From NCBI GenBank assembly GCA_043228905.1, contig JBHGNT010000021.1, positions 372,001 to 436,000 of the forward strand: a stretch of 64,000 bases of DNA, read 5' to 3'. A model generated the notes under the pieces. It searched no databases. It was not told the DNA's origin and saw only the letters and a program-made list of their open reading frames with translations. The translations under genes were made by a program, and so were the position numbers. Origin of the DNA: Azolla caroliniana. Lineage: Eukaryota > Plantae > Polypodiophyta. This document shows, piece by piece, positions 1 to 13,080 of the stretch (position 1 is the first letter of the stretch; every line of letters starts with the position of its first letter).

Positions 1-675
1 TCCACTGCATAGAACCATGTTCTCTAGTTCTTCAAAACATGAGAATGTGAAGAAGAAGAAGGAAAAGGTTTGTAATTCCTCTTTTATATATGTACAATTA
101 CCATACATACATTTGTGTCCTCTTTAACATCTAAAGCAATTCCATAATATTTCTCTATCTTGTATTCTTTTTGTCCCCTTTCCCTTGTATGATCATTCTC
201 AATTCAAATACTAATGTCAATGTCCATGTTGTTGGAAGGTGTAGTAATGAAGTGTATAACAATTACTTAACAATAACATAATTAAATGATGTATTTCTAC
301 CTCCTCATTTAACTTTAATGCTTTATGTATTGCATTGAATCATTAGTGATCTCTTTAATGCTAGAAATAGGCTTACAACCTACTTAAGTACACATGGTTC
401 TCTTGCTAGTTTACATCTATGGCCTTTTGACCAACATATGAGCATGCCTATGGGTCAACAAATGCTATGGACGAATGTAGGCTAAAGAAAGAAATCAACA
501 ATTATACTAGATTTATATGGGAGGGGGATAGAGCTCAGGAATGGTTGAGATGGCATTATCTTCTACAATTGCATCTAGCATGGGTAGGAAGTTGAAGAAA
601 CAACGAAGAAAAGGGGGCATGCCTATCCAATTCCTAAAACATCGGATGTAGACTATAGTGGCATCCAACATACGA

Positions 676-970
676 TACAACAGGATAGTCTAATGGAACC
701 ATGAAGATGTGTGACGATTGTTTACCTTGGTCACGAAAATGGCTTCAATTGTCTTTATGTGGTCCTTAAAACTGTGATGCAATAAGATCGTCCAATGGAA
801 CCGTTAGGATACATGAGTATCGTCTACCCTAGTTATAGAATGGTCACATGGTCTTTTCTTGGTCCCTAAACATGCAATGCAATAGGATCGCCCAATGCAA
901 CCATTAGGATGTTTGAGCCTTGTATTTCCTAGTTATAGAAATGGTCATGATGGCGTTTTCCTCGTCCCTA
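676..970. repeat. Diverged ~100-bp tandem repeat (3 units)
   Basis: Recurring caatA(g/a)gatcg.ccaatg.aacc.ttaggat ... ctagttatagaa.tggtca at ~680, ~781 and ~881. Confidence 0.6.
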
Positions 971-2549
971 GATGAGCTTCTTTCTAATATCATCAAGCAT
1001 GCACCCTTGAATCTTGTGGTTCTCGTCCAATATCTCAAAATGAGGCATGAGAGACTGATTTTAGAGAGTTGCCTCTATAGCTCATTAGTCATGTCCATCT
1101 CATCTTGGTATTTGGTTGCTTGTCAAATCATTGTCTCATTGACCCACTAGGGGAGGCAATATTGCTACTCAAGTTTGCCAATCCTCAAACATGTGTTGCT
1201 AATGTGGATTTTGGATTAGGCAACAATTTCACAACCACCAAGAATATCAAATCATGTGATTGTGTTGTGAAAGCCAATTATAACGATGCAAATACCAAGT
1301 GTTGGAGCAAGAAAACATTTGAAAAAGGAATTTGGTTTTAGTTGAAGAACCCTACTCAAATGAGACTATACACATAACAATCACGATGACCAAGAAACAT
1401 ATTGATTCCATGGACTAACAAAGTAACATAATTGTATTTATGGGTGACAACATCACCAACTCCCATGTTTTTTAAAGAGAAAAATGTTAAGCCTAAGAGA
1501 TTACCTCATTTAGGCCTTCTTCTTCTCATCATCGAAACATGTATAGTTCTATGCTTAAATTGTCAACATTACAAAAATAGCACACGCAAATGGTTCTTAG
1601 AGAATGTTCTAGGAAAGAGAAGGAATAATATTCTAGGAAAGTGTGAAACCTACTAAAATATTTAACCACTTTAGATCCATACCATAACAATTATCTACTC
1701 ACAAAACTCACTTGCAAAAATATATCAACATAAATGTGCTCCATAAATTCTATTTTCAAGCTAATACATGATTTGGGAACTCCCACAACAATGTTCTACA
1801 CTCAAAACTACTCCCTTGCAATATATCAATAGAAAGATCTTGAGAAAGTTCAATCAACACTAAACCCAAATCCCAAATCAATAGAAAGACATGCATTGCA
1901 AATTCCAAATCTATTGGAATATTCTTGGGTACAATCTTGCTTTATTTCCTAGCAACACTAACCCCCTTTTTTGTCAATCAACACTGACCCCAAATCCTTT
2001 CTCATGCAATGATGCTTTTGCACGTATTTAATATATATAGATAGATATGCCTCAAATATATTGCACAACAATGCTTTGAGCTTTAGCACATAACCTCTCA
2101 TTTCTAAAATGATAATTGTCTCTGGTTTATTTATTAATAAGGCCTTAGATTGCTTCTAAATGCAAGGCAATGCTATTTTTCCATGTGAGGTTTGTGGAGA
2201 ATGAATTCATAAAATCATTTTTGGAAAAAATAAAAAAAATAAATTCATAAAATCATTATTAGGAAAAAAGTGGCGGTGTTCATGATGTAAATAGTTAACA
2301 TGAAAGTTAAAATGATATGTAGAATAAATACTAAAATTTTTTTTTTTCATAATATATGATTCATTGTATGGTTAATGATATTAAGAAGCATTGTTTAATG
2401 AATAGCTAATTTTATTGTTATGATGCTGGTCCTTTGTATTGAACTTACCTATAACTGCATTTTTAATAGAATTTCATTAATTTACAGATTGATACCAATT
2501 CTAATGAAATGAATGATGCCAAGACAATATTATTACAGATGTCTGAGGT

Positions 2550-5500
2550 TTATTTTCCAGAAAAGAACCGTTCCCACGACTGCCAAGGGAGGAAGCCACC
2601 TGTCCAAATTCAAGGCTTTATGCTTTATGAGCTAGACCATGTGGGTAGGTACATAGATATAGCATCAGTAAAGAGATCACAACTCACCACATCGGTAGCA
2701 GCGAAAATAATATTCATCTCTCTTAACAAGGCCAGATCCTTCACACACTTTGCAATTTCTTTGGGCAGCCTAAGGAAGAAAAACCTAGTTTCAGATGATA
2801 TTGACATCAATGCCAGCCACCACAATTCTTGAAGAAAGAAAAGAAGGGGTTTAACAGCTTACAATTCTTTTGCTAAACTCAATGCCAGCTACAACAAAGG
2901 GAGTAATCCCAGCTGCAGATTAACAAAAGCACGAGTTATATATGCTCAATTAGTTTTACCAAAGAATCTCCAAATAGGGGAAAATGCTTGGTTTTAACAG
3001 TAAAACCCCAAATGAATTAATGTCACCTCATTCCAAAATACTACACAGTACTTAGATCTTTTATTTTTGTTTCAATATGGATAACACGAATTCGCCCATA
3101 TTTGTAAACGTGATTTGTATTAAACATCAGATTTGGCCTCTAATAGATGTTAATCTATCTTTCTTTCTTTCTCTGGTGAAAAATAGGAGACTATTACAGC
3201 AGAAGATATAGAGGCTTGTGTTTGTAGTGTGGTTAAAGCATGTATATGTAGTGCTACCTTTTTGCTCAGGTATTTATAGCTAGCTTTTTATTGAAGGTAG
3301 AAAATGCTTCATCAAGAAACAGTTTTTATTTTTATGTTTTAGCCACATATCTCCCACTTAATGTCATTTTTGCAATTCTTCCATACATTCTAAATTTGCC
3401 CTCTTTGTGTCACCTATATTTCTGTAAGGCCAACATAGGATCTACATGTAAACTTTGATTCTTGATTGGCTTCCTTAACATCTCAGCTAGGTTGTCTTTA
3501 GTATGGATTTTCTATATATCTACACATCCTCCCGCTTTCTCAAATACAAAGTGGTATTATACTCGTATGTGCTTTGTCTTCAAGTCCAATGTTGGATTCT
3601 TAGCCATGTGTCAAGTGCTCTAACCATCACAAAATAGAGGAATCTTCTCTTCTTTCTGCCTGAGCTCTTCCAATAGCATTGGCAACCAGATTGCCTCTCT
3701 TTGTTGGCTTTTGTAGCTCAACACACTCAGTCTCTGTCATAGAAATAGCCATGATAAACTACAGTTTCGAAAGCCAACTTGTGAATCCAACAAGAGTAAA
3801 CACATAACTTGTGATGGGGCTTACTTTTGGTCAACATCACCAGAATAATCAGAGATCAACATAGCCTCTGATAGTATAGTCTGAACCTCAATTACTCACA
3901 GCAGCATTTGAGGTACCCTTGACATATCTTAGTATCCTCTTTATAGTACATGGCGAAGACGATTGGATCATGTAAATCTCTTCAACTCCGGCATCTCAGT
4001 ACCTGTTAGAGAGCATATAAAGATTTGTTCAGCTTACAAAGCAAGTCCTCTTTTCGTTTCTCTTCAAAGTCTCGTTTTTGGAGCATGTAAATCTCTTAAA
4101 CTCCACGAAAAGTGCAATTTTCAGATCCAACTGCTCTATCTGTAAATCAAAATGTAGCACATTAGGAATGCCCAAACAGTTGTGCCGAACAATAGGAGAC
4201 AATATTTCATTGAAGCTGATATCTTCTTTCTAAACATATCCCGTCATCGTCAATCTTGCATGATACAACTCCATTTGATCATTTCCATCTCGTTTTTTAT
4301 CCTGTAGAACTATTTCTTCCTGATGGCCTTCCTCACTGTAGTGGAACAAGATCCCATGTCTTGTTTTTACGAAGAATTTCAATTTCTTCTTGCATTGCTG
4401 TTATCCACAAAGAAACTTCTTGGCTTTTTGTGGCTTCATGGAAAGTTGATGGTTCTCCATCCTCTGCTAATAGACAAAATGCAACACTTCCCTCTATAAT
4501 GTACTTTGAGTGCCAAGTTGGTTTTCTCCTCTCCCTAGTTGACCATCAAACTTCTGAAATTGCAAACTCAGCTTGCTCTCGTCCTTCATGCTCTGGTGCT
4601 GCTTCAGAAGAATCTTGAAATTCTTGTGAGAATGTTCAAACCTTGTTTCAACATGTGGCTAAGCCAATGATGCCCCATTATCATCGATTCATCTTAGAAC
4701 TTACCAATGAAATAGACATTTGTCCTTCTTGCTGCGTTTTACCTTAGTGCATGATAATTTGCAGCTACCTTTTCCACTTTCATCAATAGAATTTTTTCAG
4801 ACCCTTCAGATTTGATACCTCTTGGATGGTGCTAACTTTACCATCACGCACCCACAATTTGACGGTACAAATGCCATGAATATCCAAGGCACTATCTTCT
4901 CTAATGAAAAGATCCTCCTCAGATAGGTTCATGTTGGTGAACCATTCTCTCTAGGTCACATGTAATGTTGCTCCCGAGTCCATAAGTCAAGACTCAATGA
5001 ACCTTCTTTTTCCTTCAGTAACAGTTCTTTCCTCATTGTATAAAATTTTCCATCATCTTAATTTTTCTTACAAAACTTGAGCTTTTAACAACTTGGAACT
5101 TTTATCTTTGTCACCTGCATTCCTTTTGAGATTCCAACAGTCTCTTTTACAATGCACTTTCTTCCCAAAATTTCCTTTGTCCTTTTTGTTCTTCTTTAGA
5201 CAGCAACACTCTCTATCATAGTGCCTTTTCTTGCCACAATGATGAGACTAGATGTCGTAGGCATAACTGTAAGGACCCAATCTAACGCTAACTTTAATGG
5301 TTTAAGGGTAGGAGAAGTGGGAAACCAGTTATCCTAGGACTTGGGGACAAACCCATAAGGGCATATGACACATGGGAACACATGATGATTTGAGATCCAT
5401 AGGTATTGGGCTATGTAAAGAGCACTAGGTGTCCCCTTCATTGTGGCATTTTGAGATGTCGTTGAGACCCTATTGATGATGCTAAGCTCTCTTCTTCGGA

Positions 5501-6062
5501 TCCGTTGAACATAACTACCAATGTATAACATAAATAACATATTATCTCTATGTTGGGTTTCTCTCTCCTCCCCAACTCTAAAGCCTACAAACTATAACTT
5601 CTAGAAACTCTTAGAAAGCTTCTAAAATCGTGCAATAAGTAATAACATGGCACAATCTTATCTGTTTTATGCATTGAAATTCTGCAATTTCAGAAACGTT
5701 CCATCCACCGAAGGACTTTGTTTTATTATATTAAAGCCAATCACACAAAGATAGACCAAGTGAGTCCACTTATACAATGACGACCTAGATAGCAGTGTGG
5801 TAGAACAAAACAAAAGCCCACCTGCCGCACCCGCAATGACCTGCCATGTGACAAAATGATGGTCCTGCTCAGACACGCTCTGCAGCATGAGGGCAGCATC
5901 GGGCGGAGCTGGCATCATCGAAACAGCATGGCCACGGCCTTCTGATCTCCTCTTGCATGAACTCTCGCGGGACAACGGAAAACAAAAGCGACCAGGAGTG
6001 GTTGCACAGGAGGACAAAGAAGAAGTTCCCATCGCCATCGCCATCGCCATCGCCATCGCCAT
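2550..6062 (-). CDS. Plastid-type DnaJ-like cysteine-rich Zn-finger small protein (possibly ENA/At3g17668-like), 4 exons: 6062-5822, 2912-2863, 2769-2688, 2599-2550 (140 aa)
   Basis: All splice sites are GT-AG and phases are compatible. The spliced product is a Ser/Ala-rich transit-like N-terminus followed by WQVIAGAAAGITPFVVAGIEFSKRI-AAQRNCKVCEGSGLVKRDEYYFRCYRC-GGFLPWQSWERFFSGK*, with a CxxCxGxG...CxxC motif and the conserved plant GGFLPWQSW end. Confidence 0.85.
3400..5260 (-). mobile_element. Decayed Ty1/copia LTR-retrotransposon internal region in intron 1 of the Zn-finger gene
   Basis: Minus-strand remnants in copia order: gag knuckle GKKVHCKRDCW (~5130-5167), protease LMDSGATLHV (~4960-4990), RNase H KEAIWL-like (~3685-3705) and KTKHIRV*YHF (~3550-3580). 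Many stops and frameshifts. Confidence 0.75.
5268..5588. mobile_element. Solo-LTR-like segment (TGTA...TACA termini)
   Basis: Begins tgtaagg and ends gcctaca, ~320 bp, adjacent to the copia remnant. No clean TSD. Confidence 0.3.
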
Positions 6063-6143
6063 CGGTGTTGTGCGCGCGAGAGAAGGAGAAATCGCCACGT
6101 ATCAATCAATCAGAGCATAGCTAAACAGGAGAGAGAGAGAGAG

Positions 6144-6144
<1 letters not shown>

Positions 6145-6176
<32 letters not shown>

Positions 6177-9100
6177 TATTAACGTCTTCTAAGGCCAAAA
6201 TTGGCCTATGAGACAAATGGTGTACAACAAAAATGGGATATTTACCCATTCATCGAAAGTAAAAATAAAAATAAGATAAAATAGAGTTTAAGCTAAATAG
6301 TTCTAAGAAAACAACAAACATGTTCTATATAAAAAACATGTTCTACAATGAGAATGATTCTATACTAGGCCTAATTTCATTTCCATCCAAGTCTCTCGAA
6401 GAGAAGCGGGGGGTCAAAGGGTTGCCATGATGTGGATGTGGCCCGTGGTCCCCATGTAAGAGGTACCCCAACCATAGCTTCGAGTCAACGTAGCTCACGT
6501 TCCCTTATCTTCTTAATCTTTTCTACTCCACGTTGACTTGTGTTGAAGCCCAACATCCGAGGACGTTTGGTTGCTCTTTGTATTTCTGCTTCCTCAAGGG
6601 AGAGGCCGAGCGGCATAAGTGTATCCACATTCATCGTCTCCCCATGTTCCTGAAAAATTACACTAGGTACATGTTGATGAGTAGTAAAAGGGTTATGATT
6701 AACACTTTGTAATTTATCCTCCCTATGTTGTTTTAGCTCTAAGATATACCTACCTAGTCTCTTTACACTCGGGGTATCTAATAGTTTGGAGAGGGTGGGA
6801 GAGGGTCCTAGTATGTCTTGGTATTCCGCCCGTATCTCGGCATAAGTTGGGCACTTGCATGTGAAGTGATACTCATCCTCTATCTCTATGTGGCATAACC
6901 TACATAGCCTTTCCTCTCTAGGGACTCTATTAGCTCGACCATTCTCAATCTCAAGTTGGTGAGATGATATCCTAAGTTGTCCAATGGCCACCCTTAGTGC
7001 ATTTGATAAGAAAGTATCTAGGTATCTTGGTCGTGTAATAAACCCTAACTTAGAGAAGTGCAAGAAGTGTTCCTTATAGTACACCATTTTAGATGGGAGT
7101 GGCTCTCGTGGGGTGATCCATTTGTATCGAGTGTAGATTTGCCATATTTCTTGGCGTATCACTTTATTACGATCTTCACGAGAGATTAAAGTTTGATCAG
7201 TCCCATGGTTGTACTTAAGGGGAGGTAGGTTATTAATGTCTATGCCATTTGCAAATAACCAACTCACCACAATGCTATACCAAGAGTTGGTGTCTCCAGA
7301 CACATGTAAGGATCGGGATGCCTCAAAGGCTCGACGGGATATCCTATCTTGTGGTTGACTATGTATCCGATGAATAAAAGCTACCACTTGAAAGAGTGCT
7401 TCTACTAACATCGGGGGTAGGCTAAACTCCGCTCTAATAATGTCATGTGGTACTGTCGATTTGCTTCGGAGTTGACGTGATAACATCGCCACTAAAGGTC
7501 TCTCCAATTGCGTCCACATGAAAGATGGTAGACCTGGAGCCCATACTACTGATGCATACATGAGGGACGGGGTCACTAATGAGTCGAAAAGCCATCCCTT
7601 AGTCCGTGGCTCTTGAAAGTATGCTTGGTGGCATTGTCTCTCTAAGAGTGAGAGGGATGCATATCCTCTCGTTAGCCTATCTTTGGCTGCCTGGGTCATC
7701 GAGAATTTACCTGAGCGAGCACTAAAAGTGACTCCCAAGTATACATAAGATCCCACCACCTCAACTAGTTTATGAGAGAGGATGAGGTGACATTTACTCC
7801 TAACTCTGGACGATGTATGAAAGATAAGGGCTTTAGTTTTCGCTAGATTCACTACCAGTCCTCGTTGTGTACAAAAGTCATCTAGGCCATTAAGATGCTT
7901 TTGTAGGTCGTGTTCCGACTCCGAGAGCAAGACAATGTCGTCTGCGTAGAGTAAGAGACTAACTTGCGTATCCCCAATAGCCACTCCTTTGCCTCCCTTA
8001 CGAGCAATAAAATCAGTGATCTCATCAATGTAGATCCCAAAAAGAGTCGGTGATAGGGGGCAACCCTGTTTTACACCAATGGTGCTAGTGAAACAATCGG
8101 ATAGGCCACCTGGGCATCTTACGCGCCCATAGACTTGCTCATATAGGGCATAAATGGCCCAAATCATGTCATTTGGTATCTCCAAGCTCTTAAGTCTATC
8201 AAACAACCTCTCCCTAGGAACTGTATCAAAGGCTTTGCGAAAGTCCACAAAGCAACAATATAGTTTCTTCTTACGAGCCTTTGTTTGGTCAATTAAGCAC
8301 CTAAGTGTGAAGATGTGGTCAATAGTGGAGAAGGCTCGTCTAAAGCTAGCCTGCTCAGGTGCTCGAAGACTTAATGTTTCCATATAATCACTGAGCTCCG
8401 CTTCCATTACTGCACCATATAGTTTAGCAAGCGTATGACCTATCATAATGGTCCTATATGTATTTGGGTCCATTGGGTCCCCTCCTTTATGTATAGGGGC
8501 CACAGTGTTCGTGGCCCATTGTGGTGGAAAACCCTCGGCGAGGGCGCGGTTGAAGATTAGAGTGAGAAGGGGAGCTAGGCACTCTCGAGCATATATGATG
8601 TGCTCGGCTCGCAATCCTGTGTGGTCCATGGATTTCCTATGTTGTAATTTTTTTATGACCTTCGTGACCCTAGAGGTCGTGAAAAGTGTCCCCATGGTAG
8701 GTCGAGGTGTGGAGGGCATTGGAATGGGTGGTTGGTTCGGGACATGGTAGAGTCTCTCGGTATATGTGTGCCAAATATTGGGATCCTCGATGGGTGTTTG
8801 TGGTCTCGGTTCCCGTAGTCTCTTCCATGCAAGGGCACAATCCCTACTCATGAGCATATGGTAGAGTTCCCAATATTGAGATGCTTCCCAAGCTCGTCTT
8901 TTACGACGTGTCATCTTGCGCATCTCTTTGCGAGCCTGTACTAAGGAGATAGTACCACTGAGTCGCGATACTTTAAGTTGTCTATACAACTCTCTACAAT
9001 CCTCGTCATACCACTTGTTTTGTGGCATAGACCCTATTCTACTATGATTGGAGTCTTTCGTGTATGGGAAGCTACTAGTGGCGGCTGAGTGAAGGATGTG

Positions 9101-9220
9101 TGTGAGTTCTGTAATGAGGTTCTCTAAAGGCAAGGAAGAATCAAACGAGGAAAGATGGGCTTGAACATGTCGAGAGTAGATGTCCGCGAGCTCATGCGTG
9201 AAATGTATTATAGTGTGATG
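6145..9220 (-). mobile_element. 5'-truncated non-LTR retrotransposon (RTE/RTE-X-like LINE) with (TTTC)n tail, inserted in a (GA)n tract
   Basis: Contains the 882-aa RT ORF. The 3' end reads ...ataggccaattttggccttagaagacgttaatatat(ctttc)n. (GA)n tracts flank both junctions (6129-6146, 9221-9241). Confidence 0.9.
6485..9133 (-). CDS. LINE ORF2 fragment: reverse transcriptase plus C-terminal Cys/His domain (APE endonuclease missing through 5' truncation)
   Basis: Motifs PIHKGGD..DPNTYRTI, EQASFR, FVDFRKAFDTV, GVKQGCPLSPTLF, LLYADDIVL, YVYLGV, and C-terminal RLCRLC...EDEYHFTCKCPTY. Confidence 0.92.
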   Translation of the reverse strand: MPLENLITELTHILHSAATSSFPYTKDSNHSRIGSMPQNKWYDEDCRELYRQLKVSRLSGTISLVQARKEMRKMTRRKRRAWEASQYWELYHMLMSRDCALAWKRLREPRPQTPIEDPNIWHTYTERLYHVPNQPPIPMPSTPRPTMGTLFTTSRVTKVIKKLQHRKSMDHTGLRAEHIIYARECLAPLLTLIFNRALAEGFPPQWATNTVAPIHKGGDPMDPNTYRTIMIGHTLAKLYGAVMEAELSDYMETLSLRAPEQASFRRAFSTIDHIFTLRCLIDQTKARKKKLYCCFVDFRKAFDTVPRERLFDRLKSLEIPNDMIWAIYALYEQVYGRVRCPGGLSDCFTSTIGVKQGCPLSPTLFGIYIDEITDFIARKGGKGVAIGDTQVSLLLYADDIVLLSESEHDLQKHLNGLDDFCTQRGLVVNLAKTKALIFHTSSRVRSKCHLILSHKLVEVVGSYVYLGVTFSARSGKFSMTQAAKDRLTRGYASLSLLERQCHQAYFQEPRTKGWLFDSLVTPSLMYASVVWAPGLPSFMWTQLERPLVAMLSRQLRSKSTVPHDIIRAEFSLPPMLVEALFQVVAFIHRIHSQPQDRISRRAFEASRSLHVSGDTNSWYSIVVSWLFANGIDINNLPPLKYNHGTDQTLISREDRNKVIRQEIWQIYTRYKWITPREPLPSKMVYYKEHFLHFSKLGFITRPRYLDTFLSNALRVAIGQLRISSHQLEIENGRANRVPREERLCRLCHIEIEDEYHFTCKCPTYAEIRAEYQDILGPSPTLSKLLDTPSVKRLGRYILELKQHREDKLQSVNHNPFTTHQHVPSVIFQEHGETMNVDTLMPLGLSLEEAEIQRATKRPRMLGFNTSQRGVEKIKKIRERELR

Positions 9221-10970
9221 GAGAGAGAGAGAGAGAGAGAGCCGGATTCCCTTTTCCTTCCCTTATCAAAAAAGCATACGCAAAAGGACATACATACACA
9301 CATACATACATACATGATACATACATACATACATACATACATGATACATCAATGAGTAAATGTATATGTATGTATATGGATATGCATATATATGTATGCG
9401 TATGTATGTATGTATGTATGTATATACGTAGACATGGAACCGTGTGCTCAAACTCAAAATCTTGTTTTTCTTCATCCACACATCATTCTCATGTGAAATC
9501 CACTCCTTGCAATTCTCCCCAGTGTGGCGCAACTCATTCCTTGTGCCGCAACTCCATAAAAATGAGTAAAAACTACTACTTTGATTGTTGTTGAACACGA
9601 GTTTCAACTAGTGAAAGTGGATGTCCTTCCGTTTTAGTGTCCATAGTAAAGATGCATGAATACCATGTCATCTAGCACATACAATGCTATATATGTAATA
9701 TGACACTAAAGGAGTTGCACATCACATGATGCTGTCTCTTGTAGCAATAGGTATTTCAGGTTGCTCGATTTCGAAATTCCATCTTTCTCTATATGATTTC
9801 GCTAACATGCATACCTATGATAGAATTCTAAATTTCTGTCACATATTCATAAGCTTGGAACTCCAACAGAATTCCTATGTAATTTTTTTGGGCAAACTTG
9901 CAAAAGGATATCAATGGTCCTAAAAACGTGGCTTGCTAAATTGTGGCCTACAAAATTAGTGAAATGTAACATAATTGAAATGAGCAAACCTACAAAAGGT
10001 AGACTGAGTTCAAACATTGTCCTTGTATCAATCCTTCATGCTTAAAAGGAAGACAAGAGTAAAAAAGGGTTAACTGCATAAAAGCGTTAATATCCTCATA
10101 TGATGTAAGGAGCATTGCACATGACCATTCAAAACTTTATAGCAACCCTCAAACTCTCCTGATAGATAGCACTTAGTTTGCAATATAGATCAAGTAACAC
10201 ATCAATCGGATATACATATGCTCCACAATGTTGAGCTATGCCTCCCCCATTTACATAAATCTCACAGAACTACATTCCGAAGTTAGGTTATAAGAGCAGA
10301 TTAGACATGCTTTAAACCAGTTCGAGCATCCTACCAATTGTTTCGTTCCGTCATGAACATTAATAACATACCTATTTGTCTGTCTCATTTGTGTAATTCA
10401 CGTATGTTTATCCATGTGGTTATCTAGGCAGAGAGCATAGTTGTATGCCTGAATGCATGTCTAAATTATATAATTCATAATGTAAAGAGAGAAGGATGTC
10501 CCTAGATATGGAAAAATATAAACAAAAGAAACACTTCTGATGTTGGACTAGTCATTTAGAACGAGGCAAGGATATACCCAACATCCAACCAAACATAAAA
10601 CAGAAATGCTTAAGAATAAAGTTATTGGCAAGGACTACGCTAAACAATTTGCATAAACAATAGACATCCATGTCCCAGCAAAGCAAAATGTATACAAAAA
10701 CCCCATTTCAATGTTTGTTTGAACGAAGTCATTTACAAAAGACAGAATGCTACACAACATTACAAAACCACACGATTCCATGGCATCATGCATGATACCA
10801 GATGCTATAAGTTTGTATAACTCCCGTAACATAACACGATTTGATGGCATTATCCATGACACCGCATGCTATATACACTTGCAACTCCCATAGAACCACA
10901 CGATTGGATGGCATCATGCATGATACCACACACTATACACTTGCAACTCCCATGTATCCCTAGAGTGAAT

Positions 10971-11968
10971 TTACAGAGAAACACTTGAAAATAGAAGCTC
11001 CAACTCTTCTGGCTCTGATAATGATGATCTTGTCTGCAGTACCCCACACACGCACACGTACACACACACACATCAACCATCAAATAAAAAAGTAAGAATG
11101 GTTAGTAGTTGCGAGAATCTACCAGCCATATTTATCACAACTAGTGTTTTGTATGACCTTCAACTTTATCATAGTAGACTGTGTTCATTAAATGGATCAA
11201 TTCAGCTAAAAAGAGCAACTTCTGGACGTTCTCTACCAAAAAAACAACTCCCCAGTTTCTATCTTTCCATAGGGTTTCGTTCTAATGTTAAGCACTATCT
11301 CTCAATAATGATTCCTTGATATAACATTTCCAACACTTTGCTTTGCAGCCTTCATTTTCTGAGTTCTGATATAGGAACACCAAAAACGATGAAACTGCCC
11401 TTTTCAGAATTACAAGTTCCCGATTCACTTTATATTCTTCTCAACTGGATATTTCTGCAGAATCTGATTATTTCAATAACTTGTGCAGGCATCAATTCCA
11501 TTCCATACACTTTGAGTCTCTACATAAATATCCTGAGGATCTATTCTACATTTGAGACCTCGATTATGTGCGCATCAAATTTGGGCAGTACCAGAATCAC
11601 TTAAAAAAAGTATAACATATATTATTAAGGTTGTTGTAGATATGCAGGAGAATAAAATTGAAGGTTAGGGTTAGTAGATGGATGGATGTATTGCACGGTA
11701 CCTCTGGAACAATGGAGAGGAGCTGCATGGCTTTGCCGAGGACCCGGATGCGGTGAGCGGCGTAATTGCTGGTGGTGGGGAGCTGCTTCACACGCTGCAT
11801 CTCCGCCTCCACCGATGCCCTCCTCCTGTTCATGGGACCTTGAGCAGCATCCTGGCCATGGCCCCACCAGTGATGATGGAGTCGCGTATTACTGCTACCC
11901 CCACCGTCTCCTCCACCTCCTTTCCCTATCACCGGTGTACCCACAGCGCCGACAGAGGTTTGCTGCAT
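10971..11968 (-). CDS. Small conserved plant protein of unknown function, 2 exons: 11968-11702, 11033-10971 (109 aa)
   Basis: GT-AG intron in phase 0. The product ends EAEMQRVKQLPTTSNYAAHRIRVLGKAMQLLSIVPE-TRSSLSEPEELELLFSSVSL*, resembling the land-plant 'LP.NS.YA.HR.RVL.K..QLL...EELELLF.GLSL' family. Confidence 0.8.
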
Positions 11969-13080
11969 GCTTCGTCTGTCTCCCTCACTTCTTTTGAAGG
12001 GGCTCCTCTCTCTCTCTCTCTCTCTCTCTCAGCCTCTGTCTCTGTCTCTGTCTCTGTGTCTCCCCGTCTCGTTAATGGAACCTTCTTTCTTTCTCTCTTC
12101 TTTCTTTCCTGCTTTCTCTCTCTTTCAAGGGACGGCGTTATAGCAAGTGTCTGTACCTACGTACGTACGTCGTATATATACACACACGCACGCACGCACA
12201 TACGTACATACATACAATGTACATACGATATGAATATAATTATAATAACACACATATTACACATACACCATATGTATGTATGTAGAAGGTTTATGAGTCA
12301 TGTGTGTATATACATATGAATAATGACCGAGCCTACTCACCACAGACACATACATATATGTATTGATATGGACATGTATACATACGTATATTGTACATGC
12401 ATAGATGGAGATGGGGAGTTTGGCTCAACTCAACTACGCCACTCTCTCGGGGATAACACTTTCTCTTGATGTTCTTCTTACGATTTTACTTTGGAACCTC
12501 AAATCCATTCCTCCCGAGCTTTCAAATTCTGTATACTCCTTTTGGCTGTAGGCTATCTATCTATATATAGGCAAATCACTACCATTTGCCACTACCACTA
12601 CCATATATGTATGTATATACATTCGAAGCTTCCAAATTAAGCATGATTCAAGTTGAACTACATAGGCCCCAACATTATGAGAAGTTCTCGTGTGTGTGTG
12701 TGTGTGTGTATGTACCACCCGAAAGCATCAAAAGTGTTGGGAATATAATCCAATCACAAAACATTAGTAGATTTGGGTATCAAAACTACAAAAGGAATTC
12801 CACAACTCAGGCTTTTGAAAAGCACTACTTTTTTTTTGGACTTACAATACTTTAGGAAGAAGACAAACCAATGACAACATCCATGTTGGCTGAGTTATGT
12901 ATGTATATATTGCCAAGGAATCGTATATGTATTATGTTTGTCCGATGGATCAACAAGACTGGCTTGCCCAAAACAGATTCAATCGTTCGTTCAACCAACA
13001 TCTCCATCTCCATCTCCATCTCCATCTCCATCTCCATCAAATTCTGTGTGTGCGCGCACAAATTAGCGACAAATTCTCAT

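Noticed and set aside
8154-8838. ORFs overlapping the LINE RT
   Set aside because: Antisense or alternate-frame shadows of the RT ORF.
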